Source: Escherichia coli (GTDB taxonomy: Bacteria; Pseudomonadota; Gammaproteobacteria; Enterobacterales; Enterobacteriaceae). Taken from it: a stretch of 39,682 bases of DNA. Both the position numbers and the translations under genes were made by a program. The stretch lies in the NCBI RefSeq assembly GCF_003334335.1, contig NZ_QOWQ01000040.1. One strand, written 5' to 3'. The notes under the pieces were generated by a model. That model was not told the DNA's origin and did not search any database. It saw nothing but the letters and a program-made list of their open reading frames with translations. Below are positions 10,380 to 19,900 of the stretch, in pieces; the stretch's first letter is position 1; each line of letters opens with the position of its first letter.

Positions 10380-11027
10380 ATGACAGCAGAATTTATTATA
10401 CGTCTTATACTCGCGGCAATTGCCTGTGGCGCTATTGGCATGGAAAGGCAAATGCGCGGCAAAGGAGCAGGGTTACGCACACATGTATTAATTGGCATGG
10501 GAAGCGCCCTGTTTATGATTGTTTCGAAATATGGTTTTGCTGACGTGCTGTCTTTAGATCACGTCGGACTCGACCCCAGCCGTATTGCTGCTCAGGTGGT
10601 GACGGGCGTCGGGTTTATCGGTGCAGGTAACATTCTCGTTCGTAACCAAAATATTGTAGGTCTGACGACGGCAGCGGATATCTGGGTGACCGCCGCCATA
10701 GGTATGGTTATTGGCAGCGGTATGTACGAACTGGGTATTTATGGTTCAGTGATGACCTTGTTGGTGCTGGAAGTCTTCCATCAATTAACCTTCCGCCTGA
10801 TGAACAAAAATTACCATTTACAGCTGACATTAGTGAACGGTAATACGGTATCAATGCTCGACTGGTTTAAGCAGCAAAAAATAAAAACTGATTTAGTTTC
10901 GTTGCAGGAAAATGAAGATCATGAAGTGGTCGCCATTGATATCCAGCTTCATGCCACAACGTCGATAGAAGACCTGTTGCGATTATTAAAAGGTATGGCA
11001 GGGGTGAAAGGCGTTTCAATTAGCTAA
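10380..11027 (+). CDS. yhiD: MgtC-family inner membrane protein
   Basis: The track ORF is trimmed to the Met giving the 215-aa protein MTAEFIIRLILAAIACGAIGMERQ...; MgtC/SapB-like hydrophobic N-terminal domain. Confidence 0.85.
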   Translation: MTAEFIIRLILAAIACGAIGMERQMRGKGAGLRTHVLIGMGSALFMIVSKYGFADVLSLDHVGLDPSRIAAQVVTGVGFIGAGNILVRNQNIVGLTTAADIWVTAAIGMVIGSGMYELGIYGSVMTLLVLEVFHQLTFRLMNKNYHLQLTLVNGNTVSMLDWFKQQKIKTDLVSLQENEDHEVVAIDIQLHATTSIEDLLRLLKGMAGVKGVSIS

Positions 11028-11068
11028 TCTGTGTGGCAGCGTAGCCAGACTCACCGTAAGCCTGAAAT

Positions 11069-11599
11069 TCACACCAGATAATCAATATGCTGATGGCGTA
11101 CCAGCTCATTGATCCGCTTAAGATTGAGGATCATCATGATATTGTGTTTATGGCAGTAGAACGTTTTTAGCGATATTTTCAGTTTCTCCAGAATATCTTC
11201 CGTTGTCATTTGATTCGCAATGCAGCTCAGAACCTGATGTTGCTTGCGCGAAAGTGACACAGCCGCTTCAGGCACAGAGCAGTAACTGCCATTGATGAGT
11301 GCGACAAAATCAATGATAGTGATAGTCCGCGGAACAAAGGTCACCGGCACTTTCCCCAGGCAGCGTTTAATATTAAAGGGGGAGAAAATAATGACATGGA
11401 CAGGTTTTAATCGTTCAATTTGAGTGAGAAAATTAGAATGAAATACATTATTCATTAATGTATCAATAATGACGAAGGCATTCTGATGCAACATTACGTC
11501 GATCTCTTCTTCGTTCTGTATATGAACGACATTACCTTTACTCAGAATGTTTTTCATCGCGGTGAAGAACATCGTATCCCTGGTAATTATAAGAAACAT
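11069..11599 (-). CDS. dctR: LuxR-family transcriptional regulator
   Basis: 176-aa ORF (MFLIITRDTMFFTAMKNILSKGNVVHIQ...) matching remembered DctR (YhiF); C-terminal LuxR HTH; downstream of slp on the same strand. Confidence 0.9.
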   Translation of the reverse strand: MFLIITRDTMFFTAMKNILSKGNVVHIQNEEEIDVMLHQNAFVIIDTLMNNVFHSNFLTQIERLKPVHVIIFSPFNIKRCLGKVPVTFVPRTITIIDFVALINGSYCSVPEAAVSLSRKQHQVLSCIANQMTTEDILEKLKISLKTFYCHKHNIMMILNLKRINELVRHQHIDYLV

Positions 11600-11754
11600 A
11601 ACCGACTCCTGGTGCGGACATTAACTTTATAATCAGTTTGCCAAAGGTAATTAACAGGACAGGGCTTATAATAATAATAGTTAGCTTACTGTGTATTAAT
11701 TTGATGTAATGCATGATGCAGATGCTGAGAAAGCATCTGCATCTTTCGGTGGTG

Positions 11755-12321
11755 TTATTTGACCAGCTCAGGTGTTACCTGACTCACCGCATTGGTGTAG
11801 TAAGGCGCACCCCAGCCCGGTTCCGGCCAGAATGCACCATAGCCGTAATCCCACAGGTTATAGGTGGTATTAACCACTTCTCTCAAATGCCACACCTGGA
11901 TGCCCTGCATATTCACTTCCAGGAAGTTATACGGGACTTTATTGATAAAGCCAGGTTGTTCACCCTGAATGGTGCCGAGGATGGTAACAAAGTGATTACG
12001 ATAGTTCACTGGATCAAGGAAGCCGCTTTGTCTGGCGAGCAGTCGGCCCTGATAGTTGGCTTCAATATCAGGCTTCGCATAGCTATCCAACGGTAATACA
12101 GCGATTTCTAACAACGTATCCGTTTTGCCATTGATAACGTTGATAACCTTCCCACCAAAGCGCGCTTGTTGACCAACATATAACCCCGGCTGGTTATGAA
12201 CAGCAACAAAACTTTTTTGAATATCAGGTTGGTTATTGCCTTTGATATTTTGCGGAATTGAACTACATGCGGCAAGCAAAAATGAAAGGCTGAGGATGAG
12301 TGCACCTTTTGTCATGTTCAT
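11755..12321 (-). CDS. slp: Starvation-inducible outer membrane lipoprotein
   Basis: The track ORF is trimmed to the Met giving the 188-aa protein MNMTKGALILSLSFLLAACSS... (lipobox LAAC), matching remembered Slp. Confidence 0.9.
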   Translation of the reverse strand: MNMTKGALILSLSFLLAACSSIPQNIKGNNQPDIQKSFVAVHNQPGLYVGQQARFGGKVINVINGKTDTLLEIAVLPLDSYAKPDIEANYQGRLLARQSGFLDPVNYRNHFVTILGTIQGEQPGFINKVPYNFLEVNMQGIQVWHLREVVNTTYNLWDYGYGAFWPEPGWGAPYYTNAVSQVTPELVK

Positions 12322-12568
12322 GTTACTATCCTTATCAACAAATATTAAAACCATAATAGATATTTCTTTATAGTTTTCATCTGATTCTGAGGTGATATGC
12401 CTGATAGTAACGTAAACCTGTCTGATGTTTATATCCTTTCTGTTTAGGTGAACTCAGTTAATTTTGGGGCGTGACATGAATATCCATCACCCCATAATAT
12501 AGTGCATTGTTTTAAAAGTACATAAAATCTATTTTTATTCAATGATTATAAAGTGCTAATAATCAATA

Positions 12569-13792
12569 TTATGGTATTATATTCTGGTAATGATTTGATA
12601 AGCGAATTCTTTTACCAGATGGTATTTCTATTTCCACCCCATAATTTATATCTTTTTCATTAGGCAGTGGCCTCTTTAAATAAGGCGTGTGTGACATTTT
12701 TTTTGGGTTAAGCGTCTCGTATTGAAATACTTCGAATTGATATTCAGACATTTCTGCCCATGTTTGAATTTTATTGTATCGGGAGAGTGTCGTAAAGGCT
12801 TTAACTTGCTTATAACATTGTTTTTGGAATTCTTGCTGATATTTTAATATGTCATTGTATGAAAGATTGGTTATCCTGGCCTCTAAAAATTTAATTATTG
12901 TCGAAGCAATTTCCGCTTTTGCTCGTAAAAGGTTGTCATTAATGGTTAATAATGTTGAAAATAAACCTTCGATTTGTTTGTCAAGATATTGTCCATCTTT
13001 ATATAATTTGGGGGTAGGGTGTTCTTTATGTAAAAAAATAGTGTCACCTAAATTTGCGTCAGTGAAATTTATATTAAGTAGATCTTCGAAATAAAACCTT
13101 GACAAGGTTAGAACGAACCCGGACAGGTTCTGTCCTGTCATATTGAAATCAATAAAGTTGGTTCCGGCAAAGACTTTCATCCTGTTTTTATTTTCACTGT
13201 GCTCAATATATAACTTCGTCATTTTTTGATACAGGCTTTGAATATCTTTTATATTAGTTGGTAAGTCAGCTCGTTGTTCAGCAATAAAATTAGTATCTGA
13301 AAACATGGTTTGGACACTGAATGTTATGGGTATTCCCTCTTCTACGCTAATTTTAGTTATGATTGCCTTGTCGGGTTTAGGATTAGCGATAACAATGATT
13401 CGACATTCAGCACTTTTGTTTTTTTCATATCTAATGTTATTAATCTGATTAAGTATTGATTGTGTCTGTTGCGTAAGTTGTGTCGAACTTATCGTTTCAA
13501 TGTTAGTAATAAGACTTACAAGTTGAGCCACAACTTTTGAGTAGTCTGCATTTGTATATGTAGTGTTCGTGTGGCACGCATTAATTTGTTGAAGTTGGTG
13601 TTGCGCTAAATCATATTGATCAGAGATATATCCTTCTCCAGAGAATGTGGAATTAATGGGTTGTTGTTCTTCCCAATTATCGCAAGGCCACTTCGGTGTG
13701 TCTGGCGTTTTAGCATTATCGGTATTTGTTGTGCAGTTATAAATATCGCCGTGATATGTATTTATTATACCTGGGGTAAAGTCAATTGACAT
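12569..13792 (-). CDS. yhiS: Uncharacterized protein, apparently intact (407 aa)
   Basis: Uninterrupted 407-aa ORF in a very AT-rich segment between slp and arsC, the position I recall for yhiS. No recognisable domain by eye. Confidence 0.75.
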
Positions 13793-14271
13793 AAAATTCC
13801 TTATTCATCATTTGTTTTATGCTAAGATGTTTAAATTGGATAATTAGAACAGGAATGGATTTTCTTCTACACACAATAAATGTAATGCGTTATATCTTCC
13901 TGATATAATTACCTTTGATTTCCCTTTTATCTCCACCCGGTAATATTTGTGTGTAAAAAAAGGGTAGTGATAGTATCGTAAAGGAAATCGTTAACAACTA
14001 TCAAAATGCGCTCATTTTAAAAAGTTATTATGTTCTCTGATAGTGTGTGAAGTGATTTTTTTTGTGATGTTTTAGATGTGTAATAATAAAATGGGTTAAG
14101 GTATCTTATAATTATTTAATAATTTGTTGTGTAAACCACTGATAAATCATAATCCAGTACGTCTTTAAACTACTGCGCTGTATCGCTGATAACTAAGCAG
14201 CTCACTGATACACCATGCTGGACGCGATAATTGGAATCTCACGCAGGGAGTACTGTGTAAATAGCAAAATC

Positions 14272-14373
14272 GCCTGATGCGCTACGCCTGTCAGGCCTAC
14301 AAATAACATACTATTCATCGAATTTTCATAACTTTGTAGGTCGGATAAGACGCGCCAGCGTCGCATCCGACAT
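14272..14373. repeat. REP (repetitive extragenic palindrome) pair / BIME-like element
   Basis: gcctgatgcgctacgcctgtcaggcctac and gtaggtcggataagacgcgccagcgtcgcatccgacat are typical E. coli REP units in opposed orientation, just downstream of arsC. Confidence 0.6.
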
Positions 14374-14420
14374 AAATAAAGCGCACTTTTCTAACAACCT
14401 GTGGGGGGGATATCGCCGCT

Positions 14421-14846
14421 TTATTTCAGGCGCTTACCCGCTTCATCAACCACTTTCTCGCCATCTTCCTTGGAGAATGCGCCTTTTTGCGCATCTGGCA
14501 GAATTTCCAGCACCACTTCTGAAGGGCGGCACAGGCGAGTTCCCAGCGGCGTCACCACAATCGGGCGATTAATCAGAATCGGGTGCTGAAGCATAAAGTC
14601 GATTAACCGATCGTCAGTAAATTTATCTTCCGCAAGGCCCAGCTCCTCATACGGTTCGACGTTTTTACGCAGCAGCGCGCGTACGGAAATCCCCATATCG
14701 GCAATGAGTTTGACCAGTTCATCGCGCGTTGGCGGAGTTTCCAGATAATGGATAATGGTCGGTTCTGTGCCGCTGTTGCGGATCATCTCCAGCGTATTAC
14801 GCGACGTGCCGCAGGCCGGGTTGTGATAAATGGTAATGTTGCTCAT
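14421..14846 (-). CDS. arsC: Arsenate reductase (glutaredoxin-coupled)
   Basis: 141-aa ORF (MSNITIYHNPACGTSRNTLEMIRNSG...) carrying the ArsC catalytic Cys motif HNPACGTSR; last gene of arsRBC. Confidence 0.95.
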   Translation of the reverse strand: MSNITIYHNPACGTSRNTLEMIRNSGTEPTIIHYLETPPTRDELVKLIADMGISVRALLRKNVEPYEELGLAEDKFTDDRLIDFMLQHPILINRPIVVTPLGTRLCRPSEVVLEILPDAQKGAFSKEDGEKVVDEAGKRLK

Positions 14847-14858
14847 ATCAGTATCTCA

Positions 14859-16148
14859 TTACAAAGTGAAAGAGAGACGTAGCGCCAGCGCAGCCAGCGT
14901 CACAAACAGCACAGGCAGGGTCATGATAATCCCTGTACGGAAGTAATATCCCCAGCTGATAGTCATATTCTTCTGCGAAAGTACGTGCAGCCAGAGTAGC
15001 GTAGCCAGGCTACCAATTGGGGTAATTTTCGGTCCCAAATCGCAGCCAATCACATTGGCATAAACCATCGCTTCTTTGATAACGCCAGATGCCGTGCTGC
15101 CATCAATGGACAACGCGCCAACCAGTACCGTCGGCATATTGTTCATAATAGAAGAGAGGAAGGCGGTGAGGAATCCGGTGCCGAGCGTCGCGGCCCACAG
15201 GCCGTTATCCGCCAGCACGTTGAGTACGCCAGAAAGATATTCCGTTAATCCGGCATTGCGCAGGCCATAAACCACCAGATACATGCCGAGCGAGAAGATG
15301 ACAATCTGCCAGGGGGCACCGCGCAGGACTTTACCCGTATTAATCGCATGACCGCGTTTAGCGACGACAAATAATATCAGCGCGCCCACAGCTGCAATGG
15401 CGCTCACCGGAATGCCGAGCGGTTCCAGGACGAAAAATCCCACCAGCAGAAGCAGTAAAACAACCCAGCCAGTTTTGAACGTAGCAGGATCTTTGATCGC
15501 TTCTGCGGGAGATTTCAGCAGCGCCATATCGTAGTTCTGCGGAATATCTTTGCGAAAATAGAGATGTAACATCACCAGCGTGGCAACAATCGCGGCGATA
15601 TCCACCGGCACCATCACCGAGGCGTATTCGCGAAAGCCGAGGCCAAAGAAATCAGCGGAAACGATATTCACCAGGTTGGAGACAATAAGCGGCAGGCTGG
15701 CGGTATCGGCAATGAATCCGGCCGCCATCACGAACGCCAGCGTAGTGCCTTTACTGAACCCTAAAGCCAGCAGCATGGCGATGACAATCGGTGTCAAAAT
15801 AAGCGCCGCGCCATCATTGGCAAACAGGGCGGCAACGGCAGCACCGAGCAGGACAATCCAGGTAAACAGCAAGCGACCACGACCATTACCCCAGCGTGAG
15901 ACGTGCAGCGCCGCCCATTCAAAAAAGCCGGACTCATCCAGCAGCAGGCTGATGATAATGACGGCGATAAACGCAGCCGTCGCGTTCCAGACGATATTCC
16001 ACACCACCGGAATATCACCCGGATGGACCACGCCCGTAACTAACGCCAGTACTGCGCCGAGCGTTGCACTCCAGCCGATGCCTAAACCTTTCGGCTGCCA
16101 GATAACCAATACGATGGTCAGGACAAAGATAGCGCCTGCCAGTAACAT
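14859..16148 (-). CDS. arsB: Arsenite/antimonite efflux permease
   Basis: The track ORF is trimmed to the ATG giving the 429-aa protein [23 protein letters not shown]...; polytopic membrane protein; GGGAGG Shine-Dalgarno upstream. Confidence 0.93.
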
Positions 16149-16201
16149 AATGCCTCCCGGATAAAACACATCTGAAAATTCATATGTGTTTAGCTAAATT
16201 T

Positions 16202-16555
16202 TTAACTGCAAATGTTCTTACTGTCCCCGGAACAGTTTTGTCGAGCCAGGTTGCGGACAATCGCCTGAACCTTTTCCTGTTCACATCGCCAGGCCTCATC
16301 AATAATTTTCGCCGCCCATGCTGGAATATGCGGTGATAAGCGGTAATGAACCCACTTACCTTGCTTGCGGTCCAGCAATAGCCCGCTTTCACGCAGCAAT
16401 GCCAGGTGGCGGGAGATCTTGGGCTGCGACTGGTCGAGAGCAGTGCAGAGATCGCAGACGCATAACTCTCCCAGTTCGCTGAGCAGTAAAACGATGCCCA
16501 GACGGGTTTCATCAGCAAGAATTTTGAACAATTGGATGGGTAACAGAAATGACAT
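16202..16555 (-). CDS. arsR: Arsenic-responsive repressor (ArsR/SmtB family)
   Basis: 117-aa ORF (MSFLLPIQLFKILADETRLGIVLLL...) with the ELCVCDLC metalloid-binding motif. Confidence 0.95.
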   Translation of the reverse strand: MSFLLPIQLFKILADETRLGIVLLLSELGELCVCDLCTALDQSQPKISRHLALLRESGLLLDRKQGKWVHYRLSPHIPAWAAKIIDEAWRCEQEKVQAIVRNLARQNCSGDSKNICS

Positions 16556-16704
16556 ATTGCGCTCCTGATTGTTGCAGGTAGTGTCTCTCTTCGAAGCGGA
16601 TAAGTCAAAAACATATATGACTTAACGAATGTGTAAGTGCAGAGGAAGGTAATAGGTGTGAATTTTGAGTTGGCTATTCATTTGAAAGGAGGTCTGAATC
16701 AGGA

Positions 16705-16795
16705 CGTAAAAAAACCGACTTTGCGTCGGTTTTTTACTTTCCAGCCCTGAGTTGGTGGCTCTGGCTGGAGTGAGAGAGTTCTTATCTAACAGCTC
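16705..16795 (-). ncRNA. agrB: agr repeat copy 1, candidate AgrB-like antisense sRNA (ends approximate)
   Basis: About 90-nt unit made of a bidirectional hairpin terminator (A7-ccgac...gtcgg-T6, 16708-16735) plus the segment gctctggctggagtgagagagttcttatctaac. That segment differs at one position from the stretch at 17189-17221 in the dinQ 5' leader. Confidence 0.45.
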
Positions 16796-16935
16796 AATAC
16801 TATTAGCCAGTGGCTAACATTGCAAGAATTAGCGATTTCTTCAGCTGGCGGAGGGAGCACTTCGGTATATATCGCAGTGACGATTTATATACTTTCACTG
16901 GGTCATCGTCATATTAAGCCTTGTCCGAATCCGGA

Positions 16936-17025
16936 TGTAAAAAAACCGACTTTGCGTCGGTTTTTTACTTTCCAGCCCTGAGTTGGTGGCTCTGACTGGA
17001 GTGAGATAGCCATCATCTAACGCAT
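16936..17025 (-). ncRNA. agrA: agr repeat copy 2, candidate AgrA-like sRNA (ends approximate)
   Basis: Second copy of the same unit: identical terminator hairpin (16939-16966) and a more diverged segment gctctgactggagtgagatagccatcatctaac. Confidence 0.4.
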
Positions 17026-17085
17026 CAATGCTAATACCATACTGAAACTATTGCAAGGACGTGCTGGTTTTATAACCTGCATGTA

Positions 17086-17101
17086 CTGTATGATTATCCA
17101 G
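17086..17101 (+). promoter_or_regulatory. LexA operator (SOS box) upstream of dinQ
   Basis: CTGTATGATTATCCAG fits the CTGT-N8-ACAG LexA consensus closely and overlaps a TATGAT -10-like hexamer, about 195 nt upstream of the dinQ start. Confidence 0.6.
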
Positions 17102-17294
17102 TTAGCTCTGAGGCATTTTCACTCTGGCAATGCGCATAAACGCTTTCAAAGTCCTGGTCAGAAGTACGGGTGGTGCCGTTAACTGATGCTCTGGCCGGAG
17201 TGAGAGAGTTCTTATCTAACAATGAGACATGCGCCGTGACAGGCAGTGGATGAGTAAGCGGATGCATTCTCACTCCATCGCATGGAGAAAACGG

Positions 17295-17378
17295 GTGATT
17301 GATAAAGCAATCATCGTTCTAGGGGCGTTAATTGCGCTGCTGGAACTGATCCGCTTTCTGCTTCAGCTTCTGAACTGA
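17295..17378 (+). CDS. dinQ: SOS-induced type I toxin, single-transmembrane peptide (27 aa, GTG start)
   Basis: GTG ATT GAT AAA ... AAC TGA encodes VIDKAIIVLGALIALLELIRFLLQLLN, matching the remembered DinQ peptide. It is too short for the ORF track, convergent with gor, and preceded by the LexA box and an agr-like leader. Confidence 0.8.
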   Translation: MIDKAIIVLGALIALLELIRFLLQLLN

Positions 17379-17393
17379 TAGCGGAAACGTAAT

Positions 17394-17428
17394 TAAGGGC
17401 TAAGAGCACACTACTCTTAGCCCTTTAA
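17394..17428. terminator. Bidirectional terminator hairpin between convergent dinQ and gor
   Basis: Stem agggctaagag / ctcttagccct (17396-17406 and 17414-17424) lying between the dinQ stop (17378) and the gor stop (17432). Confidence 0.45.
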
Positions 17429-17431
17429 CAT

Positions 17432-18784
17432 TTAACGCATTGTCACGAACTCTTCTGCCGCCGTTGGGTGAATGGCGACGGTATTGTCGAAGTCTTTTTT
17501 GGTTGCCCCCATCTTCAGCGCCACCGCGAAGCCCTGCAACATTTCGTCCATACCAAAGCCAATGCCGTGAATACCGACAATCTTCTCTTCCGATCCAACG
17601 CACACCAGCTTCATGCGGCACGGCTGGCGGTGAGTGGTGACGGCGGTATACATCGCGGTGAAAGAGGATTTATACACTTTCACCTGATCGTCGCCATACT
17701 GCTCGCGCGCCTGCGGTTCCGTTAAACCAACAGTACCAATCGGCGGATGGCTGAAGACCACGGTCGGAATGTTGCTGTAATCCAGATGCTCATCCGGCTT
17801 GTTATTAAACAGGCGTTCAGAGAGACGGCGACCCGCTGCAACTGCCACCGGTGTCAGCTCCACTGCACCCGTGTTATCGCCCACCGCGTAAATACCTTCA
17901 ATATTGGTGTTTTGATATTTATCGACGACGATATAGCCTTTTTCGTTAGTTTTAACGCCAGCGGCTTCCAGGTTGATGTTGTCATTGGCAGGCTCGCGAC
18001 CAATCGCCCAAATCAGGCAATCCACCGTTTCACTGCGACCATCTTCCAGCTCCAGCGTCAGGCTACCATCGGCATTTTTCACTACCGCTTTCGGGATGGC
18101 GTTGGTGTGCAGCTGCGGGCCTTCGGCGTTCATCACTTCGACCAGCGTTTCGGAAATCATCGGGTCGAAGCTGCGCAGCGGCGCATGTTTACGCACAAAC
18201 AGATGCGTTTTCGCGCCGAGGCCGTTAATCACGCCCGCCAGCTCAACGGCGATGTAACCCGCGCCAACAACCGCCACGCGCTCTGGCAAAGCAGGAAGGG
18301 CGAAGAAGCCATCAGAATCAATACCGTATTCCACGCCCGGAATATCCGGGTGGCTCGGACGACCGCCTGTGGCGATCAGAATATGATCGGCCGTGATGGT
18401 TTCGCCGTTTACCTCCAGCGTTTTGGCATCAACGAAGCGGGCAAAGCCTTTGATTACATCAACGTTATTTTTACCGAGCACGTTTTCATAGGAAGTATGA
18501 ATACGGTCGATATAGGCGGTACGGCTGGCGATCAACGTTTCCCAGTTGAATTTATTGATAGTGGTATCAAAACCATAATCCGGGCCGTACATATGGATCG
18601 CTTCACGGATTTGCGCCGCGTGCCACATCACTTTTTTCGGCACACAGCCAACATTTACGCAGGTGCCGCCCAGCTCTTTGGCTTCAATCAGCGCACATTT
18701 CTGGCCGTACATAGCCGCGCGGTTGATGGAGGCGATACCGCCGCTGCCGCCGCCGATGGCGATGTAATCATAGTGTTTAGTCAT
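17432..18784 (-). CDS. gor: Glutathione reductase
   Basis: 450-aa ORF ([51 protein letters not shown]...) with the FAD-binding GGGSGG motif and the redox-active CVNVGC disulfide motif. Confidence 0.95.
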   Translation of the reverse strand: MTKHYDYIAIGGGSGGIASINRAAMYGQKCALIEAKELGGTCVNVGCVPKKVMWHAAQIREAIHMYGPDYGFDTTINKFNWETLIASRTAYIDRIHTSYENVLGKNNVDVIKGFARFVDAKTLEVNGETITADHILIATGGRPSHPDIPGVEYGIDSDGFFALPALPERVAVVGAGYIAVELAGVINGLGAKTHLFVRKHAPLRSFDPMISETLVEVMNAEGPQLHTNAIPKAVVKNADGSLTLELEDGRSETVDCLIWAIGREPANDNINLEAAGVKTNEKGYIVVDKYQNTNIEGIYAVGDNTGAVELTPVAVAAGRRLSERLFNNKPDEHLDYSNIPTVVFSHPPIGTVGLTEPQAREQYGDDQVKVYKSSFTAMYTAVTTHRQPCRMKLVCVGSEEKIVGIHGIGFGMDEMLQGFAVALKMGATKKDFDNTVAIHPTAAEEFVTMR

Positions 18785-18855
18785 GACAAAGTGTCCTTAT
18801 CGTTGATTACCGCGATTGTAGCGCGAGACGTAATAGGTGCCAGCAATGGCTGCAA

Positions 18856-19698
18856 TTACTCCGGCACGATCCAGCTTACGGTGGCGTGCCCGGTGCCTGC
18901 CGGAACCAGTTTGCTGTGCAGCCACGGCAGCACGTTATTCATCTGTTGTTCCAGTTTCCACGGCGGGTTAATCACAATCATGCCGGAAGCGGTCATGCCA
19001 CGGCGATCGCTGTCTGGCAGTACCGCCAGTTCAATTTGCAGAATTTTGCGAATACCGGTCGCTTCCAGATCGTGGATCATGCGCTTAATTTGCTGACGCA
19101 GCACCACCGGATACCACAGTGCGTAAATACCAGTGGCGAAACGTTTGTAACCTTCTGCTATCCCGCTGACCACCGCTTGATAGTCAGTTTTCATTTCATA
19201 CGGCGGGTCGATAAGGATTAAACCACGGCGGGAAACCGGCGGCAGTTTGGCCTTAAGCTGCTGGAAACCGTCGGCTTTTTCGACACGCGCACGGCTATCT
19301 TTCTGAAATTCAGAACGCAACAACGGGTAATCGCTCGGGTGCAGTTCGGTCAGTTGCAGGCTGTCCTGTTCACGCAGTAGCAGGCGAGCAATCAACGGCG
19401 AACCGGGGTAGTAACGCAACTGACCGCTACGGTTGAAGTGTTTTACCACATTGATGTACGCCTCCAGTTCTGCGGGCAAATCGTCCTGCTGCCAGATACG
19501 GGCGATGCCTTCGAGATATTCGCCGGTACGCTCGGCATGTTCGCTGCCTAACTGATAACGCCCGGCCCCTGCGTGGGTGTCGAGATAGAGAAACGGTTTA
19601 TCTTTCTCTTTCAGCGACTCGATGATCAGGCTCTGAACGGTATGTTTAAGGACGTCGGCGTGGTTGCCAGCGTGAAAGCTGTGGCGATAACTGAGCAT
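18856..19698 (-). CDS. rlmJ: 23S rRNA m6A2030 methyltransferase
   Basis: The track ORF is trimmed to the Met giving the 280-aa protein MLSYRHSFHAGNHADVLKH..., matching remembered RlmJ (YhiR); divergent from prlC. Confidence 0.88.
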   Translation of the reverse strand: MLSYRHSFHAGNHADVLKHTVQSLIIESLKEKDKPFLYLDTHAGAGRYQLGSEHAERTGEYLEGIARIWQQDDLPAELEAYINVVKHFNRSGQLRYYPGSPLIARLLLREQDSLQLTELHPSDYPLLRSEFQKDSRARVEKADGFQQLKAKLPPVSRRGLILIDPPYEMKTDYQAVVSGIAEGYKRFATGIYALWYPVVLRQQIKRMIHDLEATGIRKILQIELAVLPDSDRRGMTASGMIVINPPWKLEQQMNNVLPWLHSKLVPAGTGHATVSWIVPE

Positions 19699-19803
19699 GG
19701 GTAAAGGTGTTCCGGTAAGTAAAAATCGGCCCGTATTCGGGGCGCACAAAAGCGTATCAGGACAGTATACCGAAAAGAGGCCGCCGCCGCGAAAGCGTAA
19801 CGT

Positions 19804-19838
19804 TTCTCATTGAAATTCACTACACTTAACCCCATGCT
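19804..19838 (+). promoter_or_regulatory. Candidate sigma32 heat-shock promoter of prlC
   Basis: TCTCATTGAAA (-35 region, TTGAAA at 19810-19815), a 14-nt spacer, then CCCCATGCT (-10 region, 19830-19838) resembles the sigma32 consensus TCTCnCCCTTGAA ... CCCCATnT; about 65 nt upstream of the prlC start. Confidence 0.5.
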
Positions 19839-19900
19839 ACACACATTATGTAAAGCGCCTGTTGAGCGCTTCCTTAACCTCTTTAACCAGGACTGCGCGA

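Noticed and set aside
12569..13792. IS5 insertion within yhiS
   Set aside because: Looked for specifically because I recall one in K-12: the ORF is continuous over 407 codons and no IS-like terminal repeats or transposase ORF are present.
12569..13792. YhiS as a third member of the yhiJ/yhiL family
   Set aside because: By-eye comparison finds none of the GDTDG, GDxTGDRF or GNHE motifs in YhiS; no support for homology from this sequence.
15580..16164. 194-aa plus-strand ORF
   Set aside because: Antisense to arsB and Ala/Ser/Thr/Pro-rich, the usual signature of the reverse strand of a membrane-protein gene.
16700..17230. CRISPR array as an explanation for the repeated 30-90 bp units
   Set aside because: There are only three copies with irregular spacing of about 230 and 200 bp, the copies diverge from each other, each is attached to a terminator hairpin, and no cas genes are present. 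The units fit the dinQ/agr sRNA repeat family, not CRISPR.
17747..19096. 449-aa plus-strand ORF
   Set aside because: It lies entirely antisense to gor and rlmJ, whose products are recognisable. It is a shadow ORF with no start context, typical of the opposite strand of GC-biased coding sequence.
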